The translations under genes and the position numbers were made by a program. A stretch of DNA of 64,000 nucleotides from positions 4,836,001 to 4,900,000 of the forward strand of contig OY986946.1 of NCBI GenBank assembly GCA_963920595.1. The letters run 5' to 3'. This document shows positions 13,201-28,100 of the stretch, one piece after another. The stretch comes from Eimeria praecox. Its lineage: Eukaryota. Position 1 is the first letter of the stretch. Every line of letters begins with the position of its first letter. A model generated the notes under the pieces. The model saw only the letters and a list, made by a program, of their open reading frames with translations. It had not been told where the DNA came from and searched no databases.

Positions 13201-15229
13201 GCACTATTCCAAAATGGCTATTTGGGAAGCCGATGCTATCCTCGCGCGACGGCATGCAGCACGCGCAAATGCCCCAGTGACAGGTTGATGGCTTGCATGC
13301 GCACCGAATGCCCCATTTGCACCAGTGCAGCAAGCGACTTGGCGAAACGAGCGATACATCAGGACGTGCTTTCCGTGCATGAAACACGCTTTGCTCGGTT
13401 TCTCGATCGAGAATGGAGAGGTCCCACTCACGATCTGCGCACAACTCTTACACGAATTGCGAAGAAAAGGCTAGCAAATGCCCTACGATAAAACGCCATA
13501 TGCAGCTTCAGTATGCATCTGTTCAAGCAGAAAGCTGGGTTAATTTGAAATGTTGAACAACCCCAACCTCCACACAAATTTAAGCCCACATATGTAGATT
13601 GAATCTGAAACTATATGCTCTGCTATTTAACGAAGCCGCCGAGGGCTCAAATGCACATGCGAGCCATGCAGCACAATCAGCATTCATATCCACTGACAAG
13701 AGCGACTAAAGATCACGCCCCACGTTAGACCCACACTATCAGTATTGTTGGGATAGCACCAGCAGCAGCACACCTGGAGCTGCTGCGGAGGGCAATTACT
13801 GCAAAAAGCAAGTAATTACTACAGCTGCGGGGTGTTAATACACCTGAAAAGCGCCTCTTGCGCAAAGGCAGAATACCATTCTGCACAGCAAGAGAAGCCA
13901 ATTCGCCTACGATGCCTTCACTGGCCCAGTTGCCACCTGCTAGGCCTACTGAAGGAAGAATACATTTCATCGGGATACAGAAGCAATCATAAAGTTCTAT
14001 ACACAGTGGGACATGTTTTACACGCCATCGTAGGAGAGCTGAAGGATGCGTGTCAGGCAGATAGCACCAAACCGAGCTAAGCACGCAGCTGCTTAGCAGC
14101 TGTGGCCGCGCCAGTCCAACAGCCTTGGGATAGCACACACCAATACGCATAGTCGAGGACTACGACAAATATGCAGAACTGTTGAAAAAGCGCTGTGGCC
14201 ATTTCCTGCCAGAGCAGGGCAACGTACTGCGGCATCCGCAATTCATTAAACTTCTGACGCTTAACCAAGTGCCACATTGACTTGATACTACTAGCGATGC
14301 CCATGGCCCGCCGCAAATCAGTTTCTACTGGAAGCACATTGGGACCGAATCCAAAGAACAACATACCTTCTGGCAGCACAAAGGCGACGCTCCATGAGAG
14401 CCGAGAGAGATGTGTGCTACTGCACGTTATGCAGCAAAGGACAAGCACGCATAGACTGAAAAGTATTGCTCAGAGAATGCAGCCGTGAACTTCGCTCGCT
14501 TGAAAACCCTAAACCCTAAACCCTAAACCCTAAACCCCCATATTTGATGCCCCCGCAAGAAACTCGTTGCAGTGCGGGCTCTATCAGGTTGAAACCTCAA
14601 GGCACAAACAATGGGTAGTTGTGTAAAATTCAGTTGTTCTATCCGTCGTCTTAAAACCGACAAACCTTTCCGCAGCTCTAGAGACGAACTCCGGCGCATC
14701 CGCCTGCTTTGATTCAGCGTAACAAACCAAATCCGCATCCAATACGCATTGGCCGTGTTCCAAACCGTCTCTGCCCCTGCGCAGATTACTTATTTGCAAT
14801 GCACCACACTGCCGGCTGTGCTGTTGGCTCTACAGTGTTGTCTACCGATAGGTAGCAGGCGCGTAGCTGGAGCACCGGGCAAGGCAGTCTGCAAACGCCG
14901 ATTCGCCCTTTGTTCCAACTCACTGCCTGAATGTAAGGGTACCACCCAACAGACACAGTCTACGGCAGTCATTTTAAAATCATTGTCAACAAAGTGCAAA
15001 ACCAGGCCAGATAAAGCGGCTGCTTACATGCACCAGCCGACGCTCGCCCAACATGCCATACACACATACTTCAAATCTACGCCTGATACTGGCACAGCAA
15101 GGCGCGAACAATGCTACCTTCTGCCAGTGCGCATGCAGCTAAAATGATTTCCCAATAGAGCCCATTATTTGTTGGAGGCTTTAGGATCCTCGAATGCTCC
15201 ACAACACCCCCCTGCAGTCCGGTGTCAAC
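10250..15229. repeat. Unit A3 (4980 bp), carries telomeric patch
   Basis: Marker ORFs at 10515, 12450, 13006 and 14749. Confidence 0.95.
14504..14537 (+). repeat. Interstitial telomere-type repeat (AAACCCT)4 AAACCC
   Basis: Identical to the patch at 9524-9557 and at the same position within the unit. Confidence 0.97.
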
Positions 15230-18200
15230 GCTGATTGATACGCATGGAGGCACGTTAACAAGCATACAATTCAAGCTCTCCCGCTTGCAAAATACCTGGC
15301 TGGAAGATACCTCAAGAATCTGTGCCACATACGATCCTAGATAAAACTCGGTGCCTACACCAAAGGCTCAAATATATCTGTCTACTACGTCCGTCTTGCA
15401 CACTCCCTCACTACTCCAGACGAATCAGAAACTGTACGCGAACCATTTAAACCGTGCTGCCTCGTCTAGTTCTAGCAGGCGTGACTCGTGAGACTTGGCG
15501 CATGTTTCTTGCGCGGCGAGGCTAATGAGCATTACATTTTCAGCACTAGGAAGCACCTCGGTCTACGGCGTTACACAAACCACTAAAACGGTCAAACTCC
15601 TACGCGAACACCTAGCTGCCCTCCATCCTAAACCTAAGTCAGCAGTGTACCCCATTAAGCAAATCGTGGCACCGCGACATCACAAAGTATAGGCAAGCGT
15701 CTCGTTAAGAAGTGACGCACGTCCTACAGCACCACCAGGAGCGTCATAAGCTACACCAGATGTCCCATCCCAGTTACATCCAACCGACAAACTGCTAGTA
15801 TCCAGGAGCACAGAAAGCGCTGCTGCTCCAGCTTGGGTCTGCTGAAGACAGCGGTTCCTTTTGCATGTCAGGTGCGGCGAAAAAACGATATGCTTAATCG
15901 TACAAGGTGCTTCTTTACGCTCCAGGCCCCGCCATGCGAACAGATGCATCTCCCACTCCCAGGTGAGTACAAGCAAATCCATATCAAGGCGTTTCACACA
16001 TAGCTTGCCCCGCGGCAATTGCAGAGCATTCTAATTCATTTTGCACAGCTTGGCTGGTTTTGTAGAGTGACCCTGTTGGCAATTTCTCCTTGTTGGTGTA
16101 TACACACTAATAGTTATGTACAAAATCGACGCAGCGCACCAACCGGAAGCAGCCCCAAACCGTCTACATCTGTACAAATAAGACACTAGCAGGGTGCAGA
16201 CGGTTTACTTTTCCAAGCAGGCTAACCATTCGCAAGGGCCCTCCTCAATCACAAACGCCCCACCTAGCAGCGTAGGGCATTCGCGGACAACGGAGTCCAG
16301 CGGTAAGTCACAGACAGCCCTGATGTTGTTGGCAGCAGCTATGCCAAGCTTTCGTAGCAAGCCTTCACGCTGTAAGGCCTGTCAATATCTTGCTCCTTTG
16401 CAATAAGCAAAAGATACCACAAACGCTGTCCCAACGCAACAGCTCTGCAGTTGATTGGCTGTTCCAGCCTCTGCTGTTCCAGCAGAGACTCAGAGTGCCA
16501 ACTCCGTCTCTCATGGGGCGATCCTCAGTTACACTCACAAGAGCCGCGCTGCTTCTCAAAGAAGGATTGTTTTGCGTGCAAAGAAAGCGCAGCTAATGAA
16601 GCGGCAATTTCTGTTAAACTGCTGAGTGCCAGAAAGGGCCAAATTGTCCCAACAAACAACGCGGAGTTCGACCTGCATCAGCATCACACCCATCAACCCC
16701 TTCCATTTCAACATGTGCCCGATACGCCTCTATTTGCGCCAGTCCAAATGCGCACCCCTTGATAATCTTCCATCACAGGCATTCACCGAAGCCCTGGATG
16801 TGAGACACGCACTTGCTAAAAAACAGTGCAACGGCGGGAATGTTCCAGTTGCAAGTGTTCGTTATCTTTGCAGTTCACGATCAACTCCATCCAAGCACAC
16901 GCTCCTTTTACCGTAGTACGTGGTTTTCACGGATGTTCAAGTAAAACATCTTGCAAGCTCACCACCTTTAGCAGACTGCTTCTGCTGCTATGCCCAATGC
17001 ATTTTGCATACACCCACCTACATCATCGCCTAGCCAGACGTCCACAAGTGATGATGAAGCAGCAGATATGCACGTGCTCGTGCTCGAGTAGTTCAACCGC
17101 TGCGCGCCGGCCCCGCGATCTTCTTCAAATGCGCAAACGAGCATCTGCGACATAGAGCTGGCATACAGCCAGTTCAAACGAAGCTCTGCTCCCCTTCACT
17201 TCGTCTGGCCCAAGAGATACGGCACAACAGCATCTAAGCGCTGAGCTCCTCCACTCTCTATCGTCGTTTCCAATCTGATCACCAAGGACCTTAAGGTCCA
17301 CTAGAAAAAAAGGCTGGAAAAGGATGCCGCAGCCGAGGGCCCAAACGACATGGTGCACCTAGCCTTTGGCGTCTTACTGTACACACGACAAGCTACCGGC
17401 GGAGTTCATGCGGGCCAGCCTCCACCCGCGTGCAGTCACGCTGCTACACACCCCCACTTCCAAAAACCCTACAATCCTGTGAGCTCAGTAAAGTGCCTGC
17501 GATCCTAGCTGAAAATACTGCGACGCTACTCTCGCATGTGCGGCGTTCTGATTTGAACAGTTGTGTTTTACAGAGACACGCGCTTCCACCGCTCTCCCAG
17601 GAGCTAACAGTGCACCAGACAATCTTCGCACTTCCTGCACAATATGAATGCGGGTTGCGCAACTGCCACAATCATGCAAGCAGGCCTATTTCTATCTATA
17701 TTCTGCTCATGCGCTCGTCGACAGCTCACAGTCACCCCAAACCCCCTGTCGACAAAACGGCAATCCTCATGCACTGATGAACGCTGACAGCGTATCCTTG
17801 ACCCCTCCAAAATCCCCGCTATAAACAGGTTCGCTGAAAACGACTGTGAATGAGCACACGGACAAGTTTCGCGGCAGATGAAATGGTTTGCCGTGACACG
17901 GCCTAAGTGTTGTAGCACCGCGAAATGATGACGGAAGGCTTCCACCAGCCTAGACAATTCCGACGCTCCTCATGCAAACGACTCTATGCAAGTCGGGAAT
18001 GCTCACCTAAAGCGAAGCAGCAGACAGTGGCTCAATGCCGGTGCGCCAGCTCGCCAACGAACCCCCCCTTCCCAGCTGCTACACAAAGACACCAAACACG
18101 CGAAAAACGCAGCCCTGCGCGTGTTCAACAGGAGACCAAAGCGTTACACAATTATGATTCCTGGTGCCGCACAGGTGAATGCACTATTCCAAAATGGCTA

Positions 18201-20210
18201 TTTGGGAAGCCGATGCTATCCTCGCGCGACGGCATGCAGCACGCGCAAATGCCCCAGTGACAGGTTGATGGCTTGCATGCGCACCGAATGCCCCATTTGC
18301 ACCAGTGCAGCAAGCGACTTGGCGAAACGAGCGATACATCAGGACGTGCTTTCCGTGCATGAAACACGCTTTGCTCGGTTTCTCGATCGAGAATGGAGAG
18401 GTCCCACTCACGATCTGCGCACAACTCTTACACGAATTGCGAAGAAAAGGCTAGCAAATGCCCTACGATAAAACGCCATATGCAGCTTCAGTATGCATCT
18501 GTTCAAGCAGAAAGCTGGGTTAATTTGAAATGTTGAACAACCCCAACCTCCACACAAATTTAAGCCCACATATGTAGATTGAATCTGAAACTATATGCTC
18601 TGCTATTTAACGAAGCCGCCGAGGGCTCAAATGCACATGCGAGCCATGCAGCACAATCAGCATTCATATCCACTGACAAGAGCGACTAAAGATCACGCCC
18701 CACGTTAGACCTACACTATCAGTATTGTTGGGATAGCACCAGCAGCAGCACACCTGGAGCTGCTGCGGAGGGCAATTACTGCAAAAAGCAAGTAATTACT
18801 ACAGCTGCGGGGTGTTAATACACCTGAAAAGCGCCTCTTGCGCAAAGGCAGAATACTATTCTGCACAGCAAGAGAAGCCAATTCGCCTACGATGCCTTCA
18901 CTGGCCCAGTTGCCACCTGCTAGGCCTACTGAAGGAAGAATACATTTCATCGGGATACAGAAGCAATCATAAAGTTCTATACACAGTGGGACATGTTTTA
19001 CACGCCATCGTAGGAGAGCTGAAGGATGCGTGTCAGGCAGATAGCACCAAACCGAGCTAAGCACGCAGCTGCTTAGCAGCTGTGGCCGCGCCAGTCCAAC
19101 AGCCTTGGGATAGCACACACCAATACGCATAGTCGAGGACTACGACAAATATGCAGAACTGTTGAAAAAGCGCTGTGGCCATTTCCTGCCAGAGCAGGGC
19201 AACGTACTGCCGCATCCGCAATTCATTAAACTTCTGACGCTTAAACAAGTGCCACATTGACTTGATACTACTAGCGATGCCCATGGCCGGTCGCAAATCA
19301 GTTTCTATACTGGAAGCGTATTGGGACCGAATCCAAAGAACAACATACCCTCTGACAGCACAAAGGCGACGCTCCATGAGAGCCGAGAGAGATGTGTGCT
19401 ACTGCACGTTATGCAGCAAAGGACAAGCACGCATAGACTGAAAAGTATTGCTCAGAGAATGCAGCCGTGAACTTCGCTCGCTTGAAAGCCTGCAAGCAAT
19501 TCGCCTACACTCACCCATGCATATTTGGTGCCCCCGCAAGAAACTCGTTGCAGTGCGGGCTCTATCAGGTTGAAACCTCAAGGCACAAACAATGGGTAGT
19601 TGTGTAAAATTCAGTTGTTCTATCCGTCGTCTTAAAACCGACAAACCTTTCCGCAGCTCTAGAGACGAACTCCGGCGCATCCGCCTGCTTTGATTCAGCG
19701 TAACAAACCAGATCCGCATCCAATACGCATTGGCCGTGTTCCAAACCGTCTCTGCCCCTGCGCAGATTACTTATTTGCAATGCACCACACTGCCGGCTGT
19801 GCTGTTGGCTCTACAGTTTTGTCTACCGATAGGTAGCAGGCGCGTAGCTGGAGCACCGGGCAAGGCAGTCTGCAAACGCCGATTCGCCCTTTGTTCCAAC
19901 TCACTGCCTGAATGTAAGGGTACCACCCAACAGACACAGTCTACGGCAGTCATTTTAAAATCATTGTCAACAAAGTGCAAAACCAGGCCAGATAAAGCGG
20001 CTGCTTACATGCACCAGCCGACGCTCGCCCAACATGCCATACACACATACTTCAAATCTACGCCTGATACTGGCACAGCAAGGCGCGAACAATGCTACCT
20101 TCTGCCAGTGCGCATGCAGCTAAAATGATTTCCCAATAGAGCCCATTATTTGTTGGAGGCTTTAGGATCCTCGAATGCTCCACAACACCCCCCTGCAGTC
20201 CGGTGTCAAC
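15230..20210. repeat. Unit A4 (4981 bp)
   Basis: Marker ORFs at 15495, 17430, 17986 and 19730. Confidence 0.95.
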
Positions 20211-23200
20211 GCTGATTGATACGCATGGAGGCACGTTAACAAGCATACAATTCAAGCTCTCCCGCTTGCAAAATACCTGGCTGGAAGATACCTCAAGAAT
20301 CTGTGCCACATATGATCCTAGATAAAACTCGGTGCCTACACCAAAGGCTCAAATGCATCTGTCTACTACGTCCGTCTTGCACACTCCCTCACTACTCCAG
20401 ACGAATCAGAAACTGTACGCGAACCATTTAAACCGTGCTGCCTCGTCTAGTTCTAGCAGGCGTGACTCGTGAGACTTGGCGCATGTTTCTTGCGCGGCGA
20501 GGCTAATGAGCATTACATTTTCAGCACTAGGAAGCACCTCGGTCTACGGCGTTACACAAACCACTAAAACGGTCAAACTCCTGTGCGAACACCTAGCTGC
20601 CCTACATCCTAAACCTACGTCAGCAGTGTACCCCATTAAGCAAATCGTGGCACCGCGACATCACAAAGTATAGGCAAGCGTCTCGTTAAGAAGTGACGCA
20701 CGTCCTACAGCACCACCAGGAGCGTCATAAGCTACACCAGATGTCCCATCCCAGTTACATCCAACCGACAAACTGCTAGTATCCAGGAGCACAGAAAGCG
20801 CTGCTGCTCCAGCTTGGGTCTGCTGAAGACAGCGGTTCCTTTTGCATGTCAGGTGCGGCGAAAAAACGATATGCTTAATCGTACAAGGTGCTTCTTTACG
20901 TACGCCGCAAGCCCCGCCATGCGAACAGATGCATCTCCCACGCACAGGTGAGTACAAGCAAATCCATATCAAGGCGTTTCACACATAGCTCGCCCCGCGG
21001 CAATTGCAGAGCATTCTAATTCATTCTGCACAGCTTGGCCGGTTGTATAGAGTGACCCTGTTGGCAATTTCTCCTTGTTGGTGTATACACACTAATAGTT
21101 ATGTACAAAATCGACGCAGCGCACCAACTGGAAGGAGCCGCAAACCGTCTACATCTGTACAAATAAGACACTAGCAGGGTGCAGACGATGTATTTTTCCA
21201 AGCAGGCTAACCATCCGTAAGGGCCCTCCTCAATCACAAACGCCCCACCTAGCAGCGGAGGGCATTCGCGGACAACGGAGTCCACCGGTAAGTCACAGAC
21301 AGCCCTGATGTTGTTGGCAGCAGCTATGCCAAGCTTTCGTAGCAAGCCTTCACGCTGTAAGGCCTGTCAATATCTTGCTCCTTTGCAATAAGCAAAAGAT
21401 ACCACAAACGCTGTCCCAAAGCAGCAGCTCTGCAGTTGATTGGCTGTTCCAGCCTCTGCTGTTCCAGCAGAGACTCAGAGTGCCAACTCCGTCTCTCATG
21501 GGGCGATCCTCAGTTACACTCACAAGAGCCGCGCTGCTTCTCAAAGAAGGATTGTTTTGCGTGCAAGGAAAGCGCAGCTAATGAAGCGGCAATTTCTGTT
21601 AAACTGCTGAGTGCCAGAAAGGGCCAAATTGTCCCAACAAACAACGCGGAGTTCGACCTGCATCAGCATCACACCCATCAACCCCTTCCATTTCAACATG
21701 TGCCTGATACGCCTCTATTTGCGCCAGTCCAAATGCACACCCCTTGATAATCTTCCATCACAGGCATTCACCGAAGCCCTGGATGTGAGACACGCACTTG
21801 CTAAAAAACAGTGCAACGGCGGGAATGTTCCAGTTGCAAGTGTTCGTTATCTTTGCAGTTCACGATCAACTCCATCCAAGCACACGCTCCTTTTACCGTA
21901 GTACGTGGTTCTCACGGATGTTCAAGTAAAACATCTTGCAAGCTCACCACCTTTAGCAGACTGCTTCTGCTGCTATGCCCAATGCATTTTGCATACACAC
22001 CCACCTACATCATCGCCTAGCCAGACGTCCACAAGTGATGATGAAGCAGCAGATATGCACGCGCTCGTGCTCGAGTAGTTCAACCGCTGCGCGCCGGCCC
22101 CGCGATCTTCTTCAAATGCGCAAACGAGCATCTGCGGCATACAGCTGGCATCCAGCCAGTTCAAACGAAGCTCTGCTCCCCTTCACTTCGTCTGGCCCAA
22201 GAGATACGGCACAACAGCATCTAAGCGCTGAGCTCCTCCACTATCTATCGTCGTTTCCAATCTGATCACCAAGGACCTTAAGCTTCACAAGAAAAAGGCT
22301 GGAAAAGGATGCCGCAGCCGACAGCCCAAACGACATGGTGCACCTAGCCTTTGGCGTCTTACTGTACACACGACAAGCTACCGGCGGAGTTCATGCGGGC
22401 CAGCCTCCACCCGCGTGCAGTCACGCTGCTACACACCCCCACTTCCAAAAACCCTACAATCCTGTGAGCTCAGTAAAGTGCCTGCGATCCTAGTTGAAAA
22501 TACTGCGACGCTACTTTCGCATGTGCAGCGTTCTGATTTGAGCAGTGGTGTTTCACAGAGACACGCGCTTCCACTGCTCTCCCAGGAGCTAACAGTGCAC
22601 CAGACAATCTTCGCACTCTCTGCGCAATATGAATGCGGGTTGCGCAACTGCCACAATCATGCAAGCAGGCCTATTTCTATCTATATTCTGCTCATGCGCT
22701 CGTCGACAGCTCACAGTCACCCCAAACCCCCTGTCGACAAAACGGCAGTCCTCATGCACTGATGAACGCTGACAGCGTATCCTTGACCCCTCCAAAATCC
22801 CCGCTATAAACAGGTTCGCTGAAAACGACTGTGAATGAGCACACGGACAAGTTTCGCGGCAGATGAAATGGTTTGCCGTGACACGGCCTAAGTGTTGTAG
22901 CACCGCGAAATGATGACGGAAGGCTTCCACCAGCCTAGACAATTCCGACGCTCCTCATGCAAACGACTCTATGCAAATCGGGAATGCTCACCTAAAGCGA
23001 AGCAGCAGACAGTGGCTCAATGCCGGTGCGCTAGCTTGCCAACGAACCCCCCCTTCCCAGCTGCTACACAAAGACACCAAACACGCGAAAAACGCAGCCC
23101 TGCGCGTGTTCAACGGCAGACCAAAGCGTTACACAATTATGATTCCTGGTGCCGCACAGGTGAATGCACTATTCCAAAATGGCTATTTGGGAAGCCGATG

Positions 23201-25195
23201 CTATCCTCGCGCGACGGCATGCAGCACGCGCAAATGCCCCAGTGACAGGTTGATGGCTTGCATGCGCACCGAATGCCCCATTTGCACCAGTGCAGCAAGC
23301 GACTTGGCGAAACGAGCGATACATCAGGACGTGCTTTCCGTGCATGAAACACGCTTTGCTCGGTTTCTCGATCGAGAATGGAGAGGTCCCACTCACGATC
23401 TGCGCACAACTCTTACACGAATTGCGAAGAAAAGGCTAGCAAATGCCCTACGATAAAACGCCATATGCAGCTTCAGTATGCATCTGTTCAAGCAGAAAGC
23501 TGGGTTAATTTGAAATGTTGAACAACCCCAACCTCCACACAAATTTAAGCCCACATATGTAGATTGAATCTGAAACTATATGCTCTGCTATTTAACGAAG
23601 CCGCCGAGGGCTCAAATGCACATGCGAGCCATGCAGCACAATCAGCATTCATATCCACTGACAAGAGCGACTAAAGATCACGCCCCACGTTAGACCTACA
23701 CTATCAGTATTGTTGGGATAGCACCAGCAGCAGCACACCTGGAGCTGCTGCGGAGGGCAATTACTGCAAAAAGCAAGTAATTACTACAGCTGCGGGGTGT
23801 TAATACACCTGAAAAGCGCCTCTTGCGCAAAGGCAGAATACCATTCTGCACAGCAAGAGAAACCAATTCGCCTACGATGCCTTCACTGGCCCAGTTGCCA
23901 CCTGCTAGGCCTACTGAAGGAAGAATACATTTCATCGGGATACAGAAGCAATCATAAAGTTCTATACACAGTGGGACATGTTTTACACGCCATCGTAGGA
24001 GAGCTGAAGGATGCGTGTCAGGCAGATAGCACCAAACCGAGCTAAGCACGCAGCTGCTTAGCAGCTGTGGCCGCGCCAGTCCAACAGCCTTGGGATAGCA
24101 CACACCAATACGCATAGTCGAGGACTACGACAAATATGCAGAACTGTTGAAAAAGCGCTGTGGCCATTTCCTGCCAGAGCAGGGCAACGTACTGCCGCAT
24201 CCGCAATTCATTAAACTTCTGACGCTTAACCAAGTGCCACATTGACTTGATACTACTAGCGATGCCCATGGCCGGTCGCAAATCAGTTTCTATACTGGAA
24301 GCGTATTGGGACCGAATCCAAAGAACAACATACCCTCTGACAGCACAAAGGCGACGCTCCATGAGAGCCGAGAGAGATGTGTGCTACTGCACGTTATGCA
24401 GCAAAGGCCAAGCACGCATAGACTGAAAAGTATTGCTCAGAGAATGCAGCCGTGAACTTCGCTCGCTTGAAAGCCTGCAAGCAATTCGCCTACACTCACC
24501 CATGCATATTTGGTGCCCCCGCAAGAAACCCTTTGCAGTGCGGGCTCTATCAGGTTGAAACCTCAAGGCACAAACAATGGGTAGTTGTGTAAAATTCAGT
24601 TGTTCTATCCGTCGTCTTAAAACCGACAAACCTTTCCGCAGCTCTAGAGACGAACTCCGGCGCATCCGCCTGCTTTGATTCAGCGTAACAAACCAAATCC
24701 GCATCCAATACGCATTGGCCGTGTTCCAAACCGTCTCTGCCCCTGCGCAGATTACTTATTTGCAATGCACCACACTGCCGGCTGTGCTGTTGGCTCTACA
24801 GTTTTGTCTACCGATAGGTAGCAGGCGCGTAGCTGGAGCACCGGGCAAGGCAGTCTGCAAACGCCGATTCGCCCTTTGTTCCAACTCACTGCCTGAATGT
24901 AAGGGTACCACCCAACAGACACAGTCTACGGCAGTCATTTTAAAATCATTGTCAACAAAGTGCAAAACCAGGCCAGATAAAGCGGCTGCTTACATGCACC
25001 AGCCGACGCTCGCCCAACATGCCATACACACATACTTCAAATCTACGCCTGATACTGGCACAGCAAGGCGCGAACAATGCTACCTTCTGCCAGTGCGCAT
25101 GCAGCTAAAATGATTTCCCAATAGAGCCCATTATTTGTTGGAGGCTTTAGGATCCTCGAATGCTCCACAACACCCCCCTGCAGTCCGGTGTCAAC
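20211..25195. repeat. Unit A5 (4985 bp), mosaic with B-type variants
   Basis: Marker ORFs at 20476, 22415, 22971 and 24715. B-like patches near 21185-21220, 22277-22325 and 22490-22630. Confidence 0.95.
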
Positions 25196-28100
25196 GCTGA
25201 TTGATACGCATGGAGGCACGTTAACAAGCATACAATTCAAGCTCTCCCGCTTGCAAAATACCTGGCTGGAAGATACCTCAAGAATCTGTGCCACATATGA
25301 TCCTAGATAAAACTCGGTGCCTACACCAAAGGCTCAAATGCGTCTGTCTACTACGTCCGTCTTGCACACTCCTTCACTACACCAGACGAATCAGAAACTG
25401 TACGCGAACCATTTAAACCGTGCTGCCTCGTCTAGTTCTAGCAGGCGTGACTCGTGAGACTTGGCGCATGTTTCTTGCGCGGCGAGGCTAATGAGCATTA
25501 CATTTTCAGCACTAGGAAGCACCTCGGTCTACGGCGCTGCACAAACAACTAAAAAGGTCAAACTCCTGTGCGAACACCTAGCTGCCCTCCATCCTAAACC
25601 TAAGTCAGCAGTGTACCCCATTAAGCAAATCGTGGCACCGCGACATCACAAAGTATAGGCAAGCGTCTCGTTAAGAAGTGACGTACTGCCTAGAGCACCA
25701 CGAGGAGCGTCATAAGCTACACCAGATGTCCCATCCCAGTTACATCCAACCGACAAACTGCTAGTATCCAGGAGCACAGAAAGCGCTGCTGCTCCAGCTT
25801 GGGTCTGCTGAAGACAGCGGTTCCTTTTGCATGTCAGGTGCGGCGAAAAAACGATATGCTTAATCGTATAAGGTGCTTCTTTACGTACGCCGCAAGCCCC
25901 GCCATGCGAACAGATGCATCTCCCACGCACAGGTGAGTACAAGCAAATCCATATCAAGGCGTTTCACACATAGCTTGCCCCGCGGCAATTGCAGAGCATT
26001 CTAATTCATTTTGCACAGCATGGCTGTTTTTATAGAGTGACCCTGTTGGCAATTTCTCCTTGTTGGTGTATGCACACTAATAGTTATGTACAAAATCGAC
26101 GCAGCGCACCAACTGGAAGGAGCCACAAACCGTCTACATCTGTACAAATAAGACACTAGCAGGGAGCAGACGGTTTACTTTTCCAAGCGGGCTAACCATT
26201 CGTAAGGGTACTCCTCAATCACAAACGCCCCACCTAGCAGCGTAGGGCATTCGCGGACAACGGAGTCCACCGGTAAGTCACAGACAGCCCTGATGTTGTT
26301 GGCAGCAGCTATGCCAAGCTTTCGTAGCAAGCCTTCACGCTGTAAGGCCTGTCAATATCTTGCTCCTTTGCAATAAGCAAAAGATACCACAAACGCTGTC
26401 CCAACGCAACAGCTCTGCAGTTGATTGGCTGTTCCAGCCTCTGCTGTTCCAGCAGAGACTCAGAGTGCCAACTCCGTCTCGCATGGGGCGATCCTCAGTT
26501 ACACTCACAAGAGCCGCGCTGCTTCTCAAAGAAGGATTGTTTTGCGTGCAAAGAAAGCGCAGCTAATGAAGCGGCAATTTCTGTTAAACTGCTGAGTGCC
26601 AGAAAGGGCCAAATTGTCCCAACAAACAACGCGGAGTTCGACCTGCATCAGCATCACACCCACCAGCCCCTTCCATTTCAACATGTGCCCGATACGCCTC
26701 TATTTGCGCCAGTCCAAATGCACACCCCTTGATAATCTTCCATCACAGGCATTCACCGAAGCCCTGGATGTGAGACACGCACTTGCTAAAAAACAGTGCA
26801 ACGGCGGGAATGTTCCAGTTGCAAGTGTTCGTTATCTTTGCAGTTCAAGATCAACTCCATCCAAGCACACGCTCCTTTTACCGTAGTACGTGGTTTTCAC
26901 GGATGTTCAAGTAAAACATCTTGCAAGCTCACCACCTTTAGCAGACTGCTTCTGCTGCCATGCCCAATGCATTTTGCATACACCCACCTACATCATCGCC
27001 TAGCCAGACGTCCACAAGTGATGATGAAGCAGCAGATATGCACGTGCTCGTGCTCGAGTAGTTCAACCGCTGCGCGCCGGCCCCGCGATCTTCTTCAAAT
27101 GCGCAAACGAGCATCTGCGACATAGAGCTGGCATACAGCCAGTTCAAACGAAGCTCTGCTCCCCTTCACTTCGTCTGGCCCAAGAGATACGGCACAACAG
27201 CATCTAAGCGCTGAGCTCCTCCACTCTCTATCGTCGTTTCCAATCTGATCACCAAGGACCTTAAGGTCCACTAGAAAAAAAGGCTGGAAAAGGATGCCGC
27301 AGCCGAGGGCCCAAACGACATGGTGCACCTAGCCTTTGGCGTCTTACTGTACACACGACAAGCTACCGGCGGAGTTCATGCGGGCCAGCCTCCACCCGCG
27401 TGCAGTCACGCTGCTACACACCCCCACTTCCAAAAACCCTACAATCCTGTGAGCTCAGTAAAGTGCCTGCGATCCTAGTTGAAAATACTGCGACGCTACT
27501 CTCGCATGTGCGGCGTTCTGATTTGAACAGTTGTGTTTTACAGAGACACGCGCTTCCACCGCTCTCCCAGGAGCTACCAGTGCACCAGACAATCTTCGCA
27601 CTTTCTGCACAATATGAATGCGGGTTGCGCAACTGCCACAATCATGCAAGCAGGCCTATTTCTATCTATATTCTGCTCATGCGCTCGTCGACAGCTCACA
27701 GTCACCCCAAACCCCCTGTCGACAAAACGGCAGTCCTCATGCACTGATGAACGCTGACAGCGTATCCTTGACCCCTCCAAAATCCCCGCTATAAACAGGT
27801 TCGCTGAAAACGACTGTGAATGAGCACACGGACAAGTTTCGCGGCAGATGAAATGGTTTGCCGTGACACGGCCTAAGTGTTGTAGCACCGCGAAATGATG
27901 ACGGAAGGCTTCCACCAGCCTAGACAATTCCGACGCTCCTCATGCAAACGACTCTATGCAAATCGGGAATGCTCACCTAAAGCGAAGCAGCAGACAGTGG
28001 CTCAATGCCGGTGCGCTAGCTTGCCAACGAACCCCCCCTTCCCAGCTGCTACACAAAGACACCAAACACGCGAAAAACGCAGCCCTGCGCGTGTTCAACG

